Part shown: in pieces, positions 1 to 8,262 of the stretch | Numbering within the stretch: position 1 is the first letter of the stretch | How the letters are laid out: every line of letters begins with the position of its first letter | Source: a virus | Taxonomy: Duplodnaviria > Caudoviricetes | DNA: 36,284 nucleotides | Virus record (IMG/VR): IMGVR_UViG_3300024249_000019 | Location: 1-36,284 of that record | Direction: 5' to 3' (one strand) | Program-made: the position numbers and the translations under genes | Notes under the pieces: model-generated | Seen by the model: the letters and a program-made list of their open reading frames with translations, nothing else | The model's database searches: none | Told to the model about the DNA's origin: nothing

Positions 1-224
1 TGTCGAACCGCCACGCCAGGATTGTCGAGGCACTGGGAGGGTCCACCCGAGTGGCAAGCCTGCTGGGACTGAAGGAAAACACGGTCGGCAAATGGAAGCG
101 GCGGGGCATCCCATCGCACCACTGGCACCGCATCATCGCGCTGTCGCCTGACCTGACGCCGGAATATCTGGACCGCACCAAGCCCCGCGGCGCGCAGCGG
201 CGCTGCCAGGAGGCGGCCGAATGA
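1..224 (+). CDS. Cro-like HTH repressor (start codon cut by window edge)
   Basis: Frame from nt 3 reads SNRHARIVEALGGSTRVASLLGLKENTVGKWKRRGIP, a typical Cro/YdaS 'LGG...VA..LG.....V..W...GIP' pattern; TGA overlaps next ATG (ATGA 221-224). Confidence 0.75.
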   Translation, partial: SNRHARIVEALGGSTRVASLLGLKENTVGKWKRRGIPSHHWHRIIALSPDLTPEYLDRTKPRGAQRRCQEAAE

Positions 225-1021
225 CCGCCACCGCCCACCGCACCCCGGCCCGGTTCCGGCTGACGGCGCCCGAGGAGCGCATATGCGCTGGCTGCGGCCG
301 AACCTTCACGGTTACGCGCAAGCATCTGAAGCAGAAGTCATGCAGCCCGGCGTGCGGCGTCGCGGCTCGCCCAAAGCGGCAGCGGTATGTCTGGACTGAC
401 GCCACTGACGATGTGGTCAGGAGCGGCTACGAGCGTGGCGATCCAGTGAGCGAAATCGCCGCCAGACTGGGTAGGACCACCGTAGCGGTTTCTGTCCACG
501 CACAGGCACTGGGACTGCGTCATCGGTACAGCCAACGCACACTGGCTGATCGGTTCATGGACTATGTGCTGCCAGAGCCGAACAGCGGATGCTGGTTATG
601 GACCGGTTCCCGCGATCGTAAGGGGTATGGGCAACTCCGAATTGACGGCGGCCTGAAGTACGCCACGCACGTGTCTCTCGCACTTGCTGGCCGCCAGGTG
701 CCGACAGGCCTGCAAGCGTGCCACCGTTGCGACAACCCTGGCTGCGTCAACGCAGAACATCTCTTTATCGGAACGCAGAAGGACAACACTGCGGATATGA
801 TCCGCAAAGGTCGCGCCAGCAAGCCGCCTGGCGCGAAGCCAGGCCAAGGGATGAAGCAGTTTTGCTGGCTAGGTCATCCCCTTTCCGGCGATAACCTATA
901 CTTCACTGCAATCAGTCGTGGATGCCGCCAATGTCGCACGCTACGAAAGGCTAATCGACGCGCAAACTTCGTGGCGCAAGGCTTGCGTTGTGACGGCTTA
1001 CCTAGGGCAGTTCCATGTTGA
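221..1021 (+). CDS. HNH endonuclease with Zn-finger and HTH accessory domains
   Basis: CWLWTG..DRKGYG...CHRCDNPGCVNAEHLFIGTQKDN core; N-terminal CxxC..CSxxC; C-terminal CxxGH..CxxC. Confidence 0.85.
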   Translation: MTATAHRTPARFRLTAPEERICAGCGRTFTVTRKHLKQKSCSPACGVAARPKRQRYVWTDATDDVVRSGYERGDPVSEIAARLGRTTVAVSVHAQALGLRHRYSQRTLADRFMDYVLPEPNSGCWLWTGSRDRKGYGQLRIDGGLKYATHVSLALAGRQVPTGLQACHRCDNPGCVNAEHLFIGTQKDNTADMIRKGRASKPPGAKPGQGMKQFCWLGHPLSGDNLYFTAISRGCRQCRTLRKANRRANFVAQGLRCDGLPRAVPC

Positions 1022-1467
1022 TGGAACATCCCATCAGCGCCCTGAAACTCACGTCTGAGATCATCAAGGAAAAGGATCTCCAGGCATCCGTCAGGCATGC
1101 GCTCGACATACTGCTGCTGCCGCCGGCCATATGGTTCGCCATGCCGGTCGGTCACATCAAGCTCACCAAGGCACAGGCCGCTCGCCTTACGGAGATCGGC
1201 CTGAAGCGTGGCCTCCCAGATATTTTCGTACTGCACCATCGCCTCTATGGCGTTGAACTCAAAAGACCTGGGGGCCGGCTCTCAAGCACGAGGATCGTGC
1301 GTACAAGACGTGGCGGGTTGCGAGAATTGGTTGGCCAACGCGAGACCTTCCCACTGCTGGAGGCGGCCGGCCTGACTATCGGCGTCTGTGACAGCCTGCC
1401 TGCCGTGCTGACGTTCCTGGCGGCCTGTGGCGTGCCGCTGCGGCTCCATGCGGAGGTGGCGGCGTGA
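1015..1467 (+). CDS. VRR-NUC / PD-(D/E)XK nuclease
   Basis: GLKRGLPDIF...GVELKRPGGRLS motif. Confidence 0.75.
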   Translation: MLMEHPISALKLTSEIIKEKDLQASVRHALDILLLPPAIWFAMPVGHIKLTKAQAARLTEIGLKRGLPDIFVLHHRLYGVELKRPGGRLSSTRIVRTRRGGLRELVGQRETFPLLEAAGLTIGVCDSLPAVLTFLAACGVPLRLHAEVAA

Positions 1468-1574
1468 GCCTGCTCCGCGCCTGCCTGATCACGCTGTGCA
1501 GCTGGGCTGTGGCGTTTGCTGTCACCTGGCTGGTGGTGGTGACGCTCGGCGATGGCGGCGCAGCAATCCGATGA
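1464..1574 (+). CDS. small membrane protein (36 aa)
   Basis: GTGA overlap with upstream stop; hydrophobic LITLCSWAVAFAVTWLVVVTL. Confidence 0.45.
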   Translation: MSLLRACLITLCSWAVAFAVTWLVVVTLGDGGAAIR

Positions 1575-1590
1575 AACCAGGGGAACAACA

Positions 1591-2442
1591 ATGGGAGATG
1601 TAATACCGTTCAGCTTTCATCGGGATAATGAGGACTTCGAGGTCCGGGTTGTCGCCAGGGGCGGCGAGCCTTGGTTTGTGCTTGGTGATGTGTGTCGGGT
1701 TTTAGGGCTCGGTAATCCTAGCATGGCGGCTCGACGGCTCAGGGACTGCGAGAAGGGGGTCATTCCGATTGATACCCCTGGTGGCGCCCAGGAAACCGCG
1801 ATTATCAGCGAACAAGGGCTGTATCGCCTAGTGTTGCGCTCTGACAAACCACAAGCGGTTGAGTTCCAGGACTGGGTTGTCGGAGAGGTGCTCCCATCAA
1901 TCCGGAAGACTGGCTCGTACCATCACGCTCCACAGACGCAGGATATGCTGCTTGAGCGGATCACTGTCGCCGTGGAAACGCAGGCGCAGGCAGTCGGATG
2001 TCTGGCGACGGATGTGGGGGCGGTGAAAACCGATGTCGTCTGGATCAAGGACGAGCAGAAAAACCAGGGCATCAGATTAAAAGCAGTCGAGGCGATTGTG
2101 CGGGAGACAAAGCCGAGGCGAAAGAATTTCATCAAAGGCACGGAACGGACGCATTGCCATTGCATATTGGAAGTATTCCACGGCTTATGCCCTGTTTGCA
2201 ACAAATGTGAGATAGTCTCTTGCGATGGGGTGCTGCTCCAGACTGGTCACAAGGAACACTATAAAGCGGTTAACAAGCCCGATCTTTATCATACTTGGCT
2301 GATCTGCGTGGAGTGCCATGGGAAGAGGCACAAGTTTCCTGCTGACTACTTCGATCCTGATTTCAACAACTACCAGCAGAAGCTGCGTCGGTTTATCGAT
2401 CCTGCTGGGAACCAGCTTGATATGTTCAGGCGCGTCGCATGA
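1591..2442 (+). CDS. BRO-N antirepressor-like protein with C-terminal HNH-like Zn domain
   Basis: EPWFVLGDVCRVLGL...ISEQGLYRLVLRSDKPQAVEFQDWVVGEVLPSIRKTGSY is BRO-N; C-terminus CPVC...EH...LICVECH. Confidence 0.85.
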   Translation: MGDVIPFSFHRDNEDFEVRVVARGGEPWFVLGDVCRVLGLGNPSMAARRLRDCEKGVIPIDTPGGAQETAIISEQGLYRLVLRSDKPQAVEFQDWVVGEVLPSIRKTGSYHHAPQTQDMLLERITVAVETQAQAVGCLATDVGAVKTDVVWIKDEQKNQGIRLKAVEAIVRETKPRRKNFIKGTERTHCHCILEVFHGLCPVCNKCEIVSCDGVLLQTGHKEHYKAVNKPDLYHTWLICVECHGKRHKFPADYFDPDFNNYQQKLRRFIDPAGNQLDMFRRVA

Positions 2443-2612
2443 CGCCCTTCCGACTCAGCCATTTCCAGGGTAGAAACGAGAACGCCGCCCATGTTTCGAG
2501 CATGGACGGCGCCTGTAACTGCATAACTGGCTTCGGGGTTGCACTCACCGAAGGGGACCAAGACACCCTCTTCATAACGCAGCTCCGGAGACTGAGCAAG
2601 GGAGCGCGTACC

Positions 2613-2870
2613 ATGTCCATCAGCTATTCACATTCGAGGCCGCAGGGCCGTGCTCACCGCGACAAGATCCAGCGGTGGATCATCCCGAGACTCGAGGTGG
2701 GCTGTCGGGTGCCGTCGGCCAACTGGATGGCCAGGTTTTTGGGCATTTCGTCCAGTGAAGGCGGGCGGCAGATCCGGCGGGCATTGGACGAGGCGGGCAT
2801 CACGACCGAGACGCGTGGCGTTGGGCGTGGGCGGCGGATCTATGTGGTGACATTGGGAGAGCGGCCATGA
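2613..2870 (+). CDS. small winged-HTH-like DNA-binding protein
   Basis: GGGAG SD before ATG 2613; GCRVPSANWMARFLGISSSEGGRQIRRAL resembles a GntR-like wHTH; ATGA overlap with next gene. Confidence 0.55.
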   Translation: MSISYSHSRPQGRAHRDKIQRWIIPRLEVGCRVPSANWMARFLGISSSEGGRQIRRALDEAGITTETRGVGRGRRIYVVTLGERP

Positions 2871-3826
2871 GTGTGCCGGCATTTGCGTGGGCATTGGAGC
2901 GTGGTCGCACGCTGGGCTTATCGCCGGCCTGTCGTCTGGTGCTGATCTATCTGGCTGACATGGCGAACGGCGAGCGGGTGTGCTGGCCGGGGCAGGAGAC
3001 GATTGCGGACTTTACTGGGTTGGCGGTGCGGACGGTGCGGTCTGCGATCCACGGACTGGCCGAACTGCAACTCATACGTGTGGACGCGAGGTCTGGATTT
3101 GCTGCCAGGTTCACCATTCTACGCCCCGACACCCCGGCAAACGGTGCCGAGGTTACACCCTCACACCCCGGCAAAATGTCCCAGGGTGCCCCGGCAAATG
3201 GTGCTGGGGTAGGTGAGCACGTTTTGCCTGGGGGGGTCGGCACATCACTGCAGGGGGGTCGGCACATTACGACCGTGACCCCGGCAAACGGTGCCGACGA
3301 CCCTTCTTATACCCAAGTAAGAGACCCTAAGAGGCGCGCGAGCGCGCCCGAGGCAGGGAAGGTTTTAAAGTTTGGGAAGAAGGAGGAAGGCGGCACCCCA
3401 CCGCCAGCGCCACCACCCGCCGCACCGCCTAAGGCGCCTGTCATCGGCGCAACTACAGGTAGCACCCAGACCTACCGGCTGAGCGACGCTAGCGACGAGG
3501 ACCCCGGGGCGTTCAATGCGTGGTGGGCGGCTAAGCGGGCAGCACAGCCAGCCGCCGTGGCACAGCAGGTCGTCCGCGGCGAGGTCGTGCCCGATGACGA
3601 CAACCCGCCGGTCGATCCTGGCGTCGCCCTGGCCGTGCTCGCCAATGTGCGCCACGCGCTGCGGATGCGCGCCTATCCGCCCAGAGCACCCGGCATGTCG
3701 GCCGACGAGCAGATCGACGATCTGTGCCCACAGCGCCCAAAGGCTCACCACCTGCCAGACGCCGCACTGCGCGCTGCCAGAGCCGAACTCGCCGCCAGAG
3801 CCGCAGCACACGGTGTCCGGCCGTGA
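2867..3826 (+). CDS. phage replication initiator (N-terminal HTH)
   Basis: RLVLIYLADMAN...CWPGQETIADFTGLAVRTVRSAIHGLAELQLI; internal iteron cluster; position after Cro/antirepressor. Confidence 0.75.
   Translation: MSVPAFAWALERGRTLGLSPACRLVLIYLADMANGERVCWPGQETIADFTGLAVRTVRSAIHGLAELQLIRVDARSGFAARFTILRPDTPANGAEVTPSHPGKMSQGAPANGAGVGEHVLPGGVGTSLQGGRHITTVTPANGADDPSYTQVRDPKRRASAPEAGKVLKFGKKEEGGTPPPAPPPAAPPKAPVIGATTGSTQTYRLSDASDEDPGAFNAWWAAKRAAQPAAVAQQVVRGEVVPDDDNPPVDPGVALAVLANVRHALRMRAYPPRAPGMSADEQIDDLCPQRPKAHHLPDAALRAARAELAARAAAHGVRP
3132..3297. repeat. iteron cluster, putative replication origin
   Basis: CCCCGGCAAA at 3132, 3166, 3189, 3279 (first and last extend to CCCCGGCAAACGGTGCCGA); imperfect inverted copy near 3222-3234; GGGGGGTCGGCACAT twice (3231, 3253). 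Confidence 0.75.
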
Positions 3827-4053
3827 ACGACCAACGCCTCTCAGCCCTGCTCCGCACGCTCAATGCGGCCGGCTACCAGACCGGCGCGCTGAGCTACCGC
3901 AAGCTCTGGGAAGGCGCCGTCGAGGGCCGATACCCGGCGCATCAAGTCACCGGGCGGTGGCACTTCCGTGCGGCCGACCTCCCAGCCATCGCCGCCACCT
4001 ACCGCCTGCCGCGCACCCTGCCCAGCACAAAGCGAGCCCACCATGCCGCTTGA
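3823..4053 (+). CDS. small Xis/MerR-like DNA-binding protein
   Basis: GTGA overlap; SYRKLWEGAVEGRYPAHQVTGRWHF resembles excisionase-type wHTH. Confidence 0.5.
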   Translation: MNDQRLSALLRTLNAAGYQTGALSYRKLWEGAVEGRYPAHQVTGRWHFRAADLPAIAATYRLPRTLPSTKRAHHAA

Positions 4054-4624
4054 CGCCGATGCCACGCAGTGCGTAGCTACACACCAGCCGGTGGCCAACC
4101 ACCCCCGGTGCTACTGCGTGCGCTGGACCTGCGTCACAACCGGCAACCAAGCCGAGCACTACGCCGCAAGCAATCTCCAACGCTCCGGATACCAAACATA
4201 CCTCCCATTGCGCACCATCCAACGCCCCGACCGTGCCGTTCCCTCCCTGCTGCACACCGTCACCGTCCCGCTATTCAGCCGCTATCTGTTCGTCCAACAC
4301 GACCCAGCAACCTCGTGGGGACCAATCCGTGACACCCCAGGCGTCCGAAACGTCATCCGATGCGGTAATCAACTGCAGTATGTCCGTAAGGGCGCTGTGA
4401 GCGCGCTACAGGCCGTCGAGGCGCTGGCCGCTACCCAACCACCTAAAGATGCCCAATGGCGCCCTGGCGACGCTGTGGCGCCCCGCACGGGGCCATTCCA
4501 GGGGCTAGGGGGTGTGGTGCTCTCGGCGGAGGGGGAGGACGCCACCGTCGGCATCCTGTTCCTCGGACAACTCCGCGAAGTGCGGTATCCAGCCGATGCA
4601 CTCGTGGCACGACAGGACTACTGA
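4043..4624 (+). CDS. NusG/RfaH-family transcription antitermination factor
   Basis: NGN domain (EHYAASNLQRSGYQTYLP...PLFSRYLFV...IRDTPGVRNVI) plus KOW (GDAVAPRTGPFQGLGGVV); sits at the Q-antiterminator position before the late genes. Confidence 0.85.
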   Translation: MPLDADATQCVATHQPVANHPRCYCVRWTCVTTGNQAEHYAASNLQRSGYQTYLPLRTIQRPDRAVPSLLHTVTVPLFSRYLFVQHDPATSWGPIRDTPGVRNVIRCGNQLQYVRKGAVSALQAVEALAATQPPKDAQWRPGDAVAPRTGPFQGLGGVVLSAEGEDATVGILFLGQLREVRYPADALVARQDY

Positions 4625-4625
4625 C

Positions 4626-4820
4626 CTACAGCAACCGCTGTGAGCTGCGCTGGACATACGTCCCAACACGCTCAGCAAACGCCGCCAATCGCTCCACAGC
4701 ACGACGATCAGTCCGGTTCCATTCATCCTCAGCAACCGGAACCCGCACATCCTCGTTGCCAGCATTCGTCGTAATCACACTCAACCATACCCACTTAGTC
4801 ACATCCCGCCGCACGCTCAT
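4626..4820 (-). CDS. hypothetical protein (reverse cassette)
   Basis: Start overlaps stop of upstream minus-strand gene. Confidence 0.45.
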   Translation of the reverse strand: MSVRRDVTKWVWLSVITTNAGNEDVRVPVAEDEWNRTDRRAVERLAAFAERVGTYVQRSSQRLL

Positions 4821-5011
4821 TGCTCACTCTCCAACCTGTCCTGCATCTCAGCACGCGACAGCTTCAACGCCGCCTCAGCCGCTCGCCGCAGCCACTCACT
4901 CAGCGTCTGGCCCTTCTCGCGGGCATCCCGCTGTATATACGCCAGCATGTCGTCAGGCAGATAGAACGTCAGGCGCGAAGGCGCACCTTCCCAGGCTGGT
5001 GTCTCGCTCAT
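4817..5011 (-). CDS. ribbon-helix-helix (CopG-like) protein
   Basis: RLTFYLPDDMLAYIQRDAREKGQTLSEWLRRAAEAAL fits beta-helix-helix RHH pattern. Confidence 0.7.
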   Translation of the reverse strand: MSETPAWEGAPSRLTFYLPDDMLAYIQRDAREKGQTLSEWLRRAAEAALKLSRAEMQDRLESEQ

Positions 5012-5253
5012 CGCACAATCATCCCAGCCAGCAGGTCATCACCGCGTAGCCCATCATCAAAACGGGATAGAAGCTTCTCCGCCAGATGGTCCTGCAATGA
5101 CGCAACCATGATGTCGCTGCTGTCGTGCTCACTGATCGCAAGCCGCTCCAAAGCCGCATTCAATGCCTTTAGGTCGGCCGCGTCATAACCCTCAGTGTTG
5201 TCATCCCGAAAGCGCGCCGTCTCGTTCCGGGTGTAAACTGCGAAAATGCTCAT
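5008..5253 (-). CDS. hypothetical protein (reverse cassette)
   Basis: GGAG SD upstream; 4-nt overlap with downstream gene. Confidence 0.6.
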   Translation of the reverse strand: MSIFAVYTRNETARFRDDNTEGYDAADLKALNAALERLAISEHDSSDIMVASLQDHLAEKLLSRFDDGLRGDDLLAGMIVR

Positions 5254-5288
5254 CTGTCTGTCTCCGTTGGTTGTTGCGGTGAAGCGGC

Positions 5289-5555
5289 TTACGCCGCCTC
5301 ACACATGAAGTTGCCAGCACCGTGGTTCTTGCCACCACAGCTGCACTCGCACTTAAAGCCCGTCGCATGCAGGCAACGCGCATCGCACTTGTGGTTGGAG
5401 GGGTTCGACTTGCGCTCAATGATCCGCTCAACCTGCACACGCACACCAGCAGGCGTCAGCCCAGTGAAGTGCTTCGCACCAGTGTAGATGCTGCCATCGT
5501 GCCGGATCGCAGTGAGCCGCTGGTCAGCAGCGAAGTAGCGAAGGTTGGCCATCAC
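5289..5555 (-). CDS. Cys/His-rich hypothetical protein
   Basis: HKCDARCLHATGFKCECSCGGKNHG; GGAGG SD. Confidence 0.65.
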   Translation of the reverse strand: MMANLRYFAADQRLTAIRHDGSIYTGAKHFTGLTPAGVRVQVERIIERKSNPSNHKCDARCLHATGFKCECSCGGKNHGAGNFMCEAA

Positions 5556-5729
5556 TCAACCCTCCATCCCGATGTAAGCCTGCGCCGCTTTGATGCCCGC
5601 GCGTTTGGCAGCCGAGTTGTTGGAGAAACCGCCCTTGCAGGCGACAACCTTCTCGCCATCAAACACAACGTATTCATACTTGCTGTAGGTGGTGTAATCG
5701 CGTCCGGCAGAGATGTGCACTTCGGTCAT
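5556..5729 (-). CDS. hypothetical protein (57 aa, below ORF-track cutoff)
   Basis: MTEVHISAGRDYTTYSKYEYVVFDGEKVV..., AAGGA SD, directly downstream of promoter. Confidence 0.6.
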   Translation of the reverse strand: MTEVHISAGRDYTTYSKYEYVVFDGEKVVACKGGFSNNSAAKRAGIKAAQAYIGMEG

Positions 5730-5754
5730 CGCTCAGTTCCTTGTTGATGACCCC

Positions 5755-5783
5755 AATATGTGACGAGTGGTGATGGATGTCAA
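5755..5783 (-). promoter_or_regulatory. sigma70-type promoter of reverse cassette
   Basis: Minus strand TTGACA-17 nt-CATATT. Confidence 0.7.
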
Positions 5784-5852
5784 TAGGTGTTTGTGTGTGT
5801 GAACACATTTATCTGTTGCTGTCTGGTGTGGTAAAGAACGGAGCGTAAGTCA

Positions 5853-6209
5853 TTGCTCACTCTAGAGCCGCCAAGTAGAAAACAAGGCGGGCGCCCGCTC
5901 GGCAGCGCAAATAGCGTTAACGCCGACGTCCGCGGAATGGTGCTCATCGCCCTGCACAAGGTCGGTGGCGTCAAGTATCTGGCGCAGCAAGCTATCGATC
6001 ATCCAGCCACATTCATGGCGTTGCTGGCCAAGGTGATGCCGACATCGATCGTGTCGCCGCCTGGCACGCATCTCCATCTACACCTCGAGGCCGCAATGCA
6101 GATCTCAAAGCAGATGCAGGCTGAGCCCAGACCCACAATAACCATTGAGCAGCAAGCGCAGGCAGCACCGCCAGCATCATTGCTCGATGCACCATTGCCC
6201 GAGGAATAG
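5853..6209 (+). CDS. terminase small subunit-like protein
   Basis: GGRPLGSANSV...GGVKYLAQQAIDHPATFMALLAKVMP resembles alphaproteobacterial phage TerS-like proteins; start uncertain. Confidence 0.6.
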   Translation: MLTLEPPSRKQGGRPLGSANSVNADVRGMVLIALHKVGGVKYLAQQAIDHPATFMALLAKVMPTSIVSPPGTHLHLHLEAAMQISKQMQAEPRPTITIEQQAQAAPPASLLDAPLPEE

Positions 6210-6346
6210 CACAACCTATACGTGTTGTGAGATGAGAGTGATAGCGGTGGGAAAGCGCCATCATGTCCACAAAGGGATATTATCGGACGTAATAGTCCGG
6301 TTGTATTTTATGGCGATAGCGTCGGACGCGCGCTATGATCTGGCGC

Positions 6347-6772
6347 ATGGAAACAAAGATCTGCACGCTGTGCCAAATCGAGAAACCGCTTACCGCTTTC
6401 CACCGCAGCCACAGGAAGCATCAGGCTAGATGCTCAGCGTGTCGCAACCAGCGAGCAAAGCGCGTCTATGCTTCGGGCGACACAGTCAAGATACAGGCGC
6501 GAATACGCCATTTGTATCGTGCTTACGGTCTGTCGCTGGAGCAGTTCGATGAGTTGTTTTATCGACAAGCTGGGCGATGCGGGTGTTGTGGGGATGACCT
6601 GCGGCCTGGTCGTGCCATGCACCTAGATCACGATCACTCGTCCGGTATGGTGCGTGCTATCCTGTGCCACGCCTGCAACGTGGGTCTTGGCTACTTTGAG
6701 GCGCCCGACAGTCGTGTGGTTGCTATTGGTGCGTATCTCTCAGCCTGGCGCAGCACTGATCCGCCAGAGTAG
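6347..6772 (+). CDS. endonuclease VII-family (DH-H-R-N type) nuclease
   Basis: YGLSLEQF...QAGRCGCC...LDHDHSSGMVRAILCHACNVGLG; N-terminal CxxC finger. Confidence 0.85.
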   Translation: METKICTLCQIEKPLTAFHRSHRKHQARCSACRNQRAKRVYASGDTVKIQARIRHLYRAYGLSLEQFDELFYRQAGRCGCCGDDLRPGRAMHLDHDHSSGMVRAILCHACNVGLGYFEAPDSRVVAIGAYLSAWRSTDPPE

Positions 6773-6975
6773 CGAACCGACACAACCAACATCGATGCGA
6801 ACCGGCTCATGTGCACCAGCTACACCAATGCCTTAGCCAACCAGGACCGAGGGGGTGTCGGGGCCCCCCTTCAACGCCTCGACCATGACACCCACGCCCA
6901 CCCCCACACCCCCTCCGAAAATTTCTGCCCAAAATTCCGTGTATACACGCGGATATACACATTGAGGGACTAGAG

Positions 6976-7191
6976 GTGATGATTGGCGCGTTGATTTACC
7001 TGCTGATTTATCTGTTGGTTCTGGGCATTGTGCTGTGGCTGGTGCTGTATGTGCTCAGCGTGATTCCGTTGCCGCCGCCGTTCCAGCAGGTGGCGCGGGT
7101 GATTGTGACGGTGATTGCGTGCCTTATCCTGATCCTGCTGCTGCTTGACTTTGCGGGGATCGGCCTTGGTGGCCGGCCGTTGCTGCGATGA
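6976..7191 (+). CDS. small two-helix membrane protein
   Basis: Two long hydrophobic segments around PLPPPF; GAGG SD. Confidence 0.65.
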   Translation: MMIGALIYLLIYLLVLGIVLWLVLYVLSVIPLPPPFQQVARVIVTVIACLILILLLLDFAGIGLGGRPLLR

Positions 7192-7413
7192 GCATCCGGC
7201 TGTTGGCGGGGGATTGCTGGTGCCGGCACGACGCTGCTCGTTGCTGATCGGCTGCAGCGTGATGCCATCGGGATAGACCTGAACGTGGCCTACACGGAGC
7301 TGGAGCGGGTGCGGGCGGATGCTCCGTTGTTCGTGGACATCGATGCGGGGCCGATGCCCGAGCATCCGGAGGAGCAGGCGATGGCTGATCTGTTCGCCGA
7401 GGCGGCCGAGTGA
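7188..7413 (+). pseudogene. internally deleted N6/N4 DNA methyltransferase remnant
   Basis: Starts MSIRLLAGDC (typical beta-class MTase N-terminus); a shifted frame from about 7216 reads AGAGTTLLVADRLQRDAIGIDLN (motif I/II) to TGA 7413; catalytic middle missing. Confidence 0.75.
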
Positions 7414-7631
7414 GCCGGCATCGCCGGTATGATGACCTGAGTGCTACCATTCTCAAGGATGGCTGGACGGGTTGGATTTGGCCGGTGCCGGACGGTTACC
7501 GTTTTCGCTGCTGTGACTGTGATTTGGTGCATGTGATGCAGTTCCGGGTGGATGACGGTGACGTTGGGATGCGGCTGAAGCGGGACAATCGGGCGACTGC
7601 GGCGAGGCGGCGCCAGTGGATGGCGAAATGA
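7410..7631 (+). CDS. hypothetical protein with CCDC motif
   Basis: GTGA/ATGA overlaps on both sides; FRCCDCDLVH. Confidence 0.6.
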   Translation: MSRHRRYDDLSATILKDGWTGWIWPVPDGYRFRCCDCDLVHVMQFRVDDGDVGMRLKRDNRATAARRRQWMAK

Positions 7632-7695
7632 GCCACGGCGTGCTGCTCGGGATCATGGTGCTGGCGCTGGTGGTGCTGATGATCGCCGCTGTCAC

Positions 7696-7986
7696 ATGAT
7701 GAAACCCCTGACGCCATACCAGAAGCGCGAGATCATCCGGCTGCGTGGGGCTGGGTATGACTTCAAGACGATTGATCGGATTGTCGGCAGCGGGCCGCGG
7801 CAGGCCAGCAACCTCTGGTATAACATGTCGCAGGAGAAACGCGCCGCGCTGACCAAGACGCCCGCCCACCGCTCGCGCGAGGAAGAGGTGGCGCGGGCAC
7901 GCAAGGCGCTGCAGCACGAGATCACGTTGGCCCGCCAGGAGCGCGCGACGGCGGCGCCGTTCAAGGTGCGGCCGCTGCTGTGGTGA
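7696..7986 (+). CDS. HTH-like hypothetical protein
   Basis: LTPYQKREIIRLRGAGYDFKTIDRIVG; coupled to a 23-aa hydrophobic ORF at 7628-7699. Confidence 0.55.
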   Translation: MMKPLTPYQKREIIRLRGAGYDFKTIDRIVGSGPRQASNLWYNMSQEKRAALTKTPAHRSREEEVARARKALQHEITLARQERATAAPFKVRPLLW

Positions 7987-7993
7987 GCGTCAC

Positions 7994-8188
7994 ATGATCC
8001 TGCAGAACACCGCGTTCCGCTGCCTCTCGTGCAAGCACGAATGGATGGACGACCTGGTGAGCCACGCTCACTTCCGCATCGTCATTGCCTCGATGCGTGC
8101 CATCCACTGTCCGAAGTGCGGCGTCGGTTGGAAACGGATCGTGATCATCACTGAAGCTTCGCACGACGACACGCCACAACAGGCGTAG
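7994..8188 (+). CDS. zinc-ribbon small protein
   Basis: CLSC...CPKC. Confidence 0.55.
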   Translation: MILQNTAFRCLSCKHEWMDDLVSHAHFRIVIASMRAIHCPKCGVGWKRIVIITEASHDDTPQQA

Positions 8189-8262
8189 CTACGGGTGAAG
8201 TGCCGACATCGACACGTGATGACGTAAGACGCATACACATCGACACACAGGAGCATAAGCAC

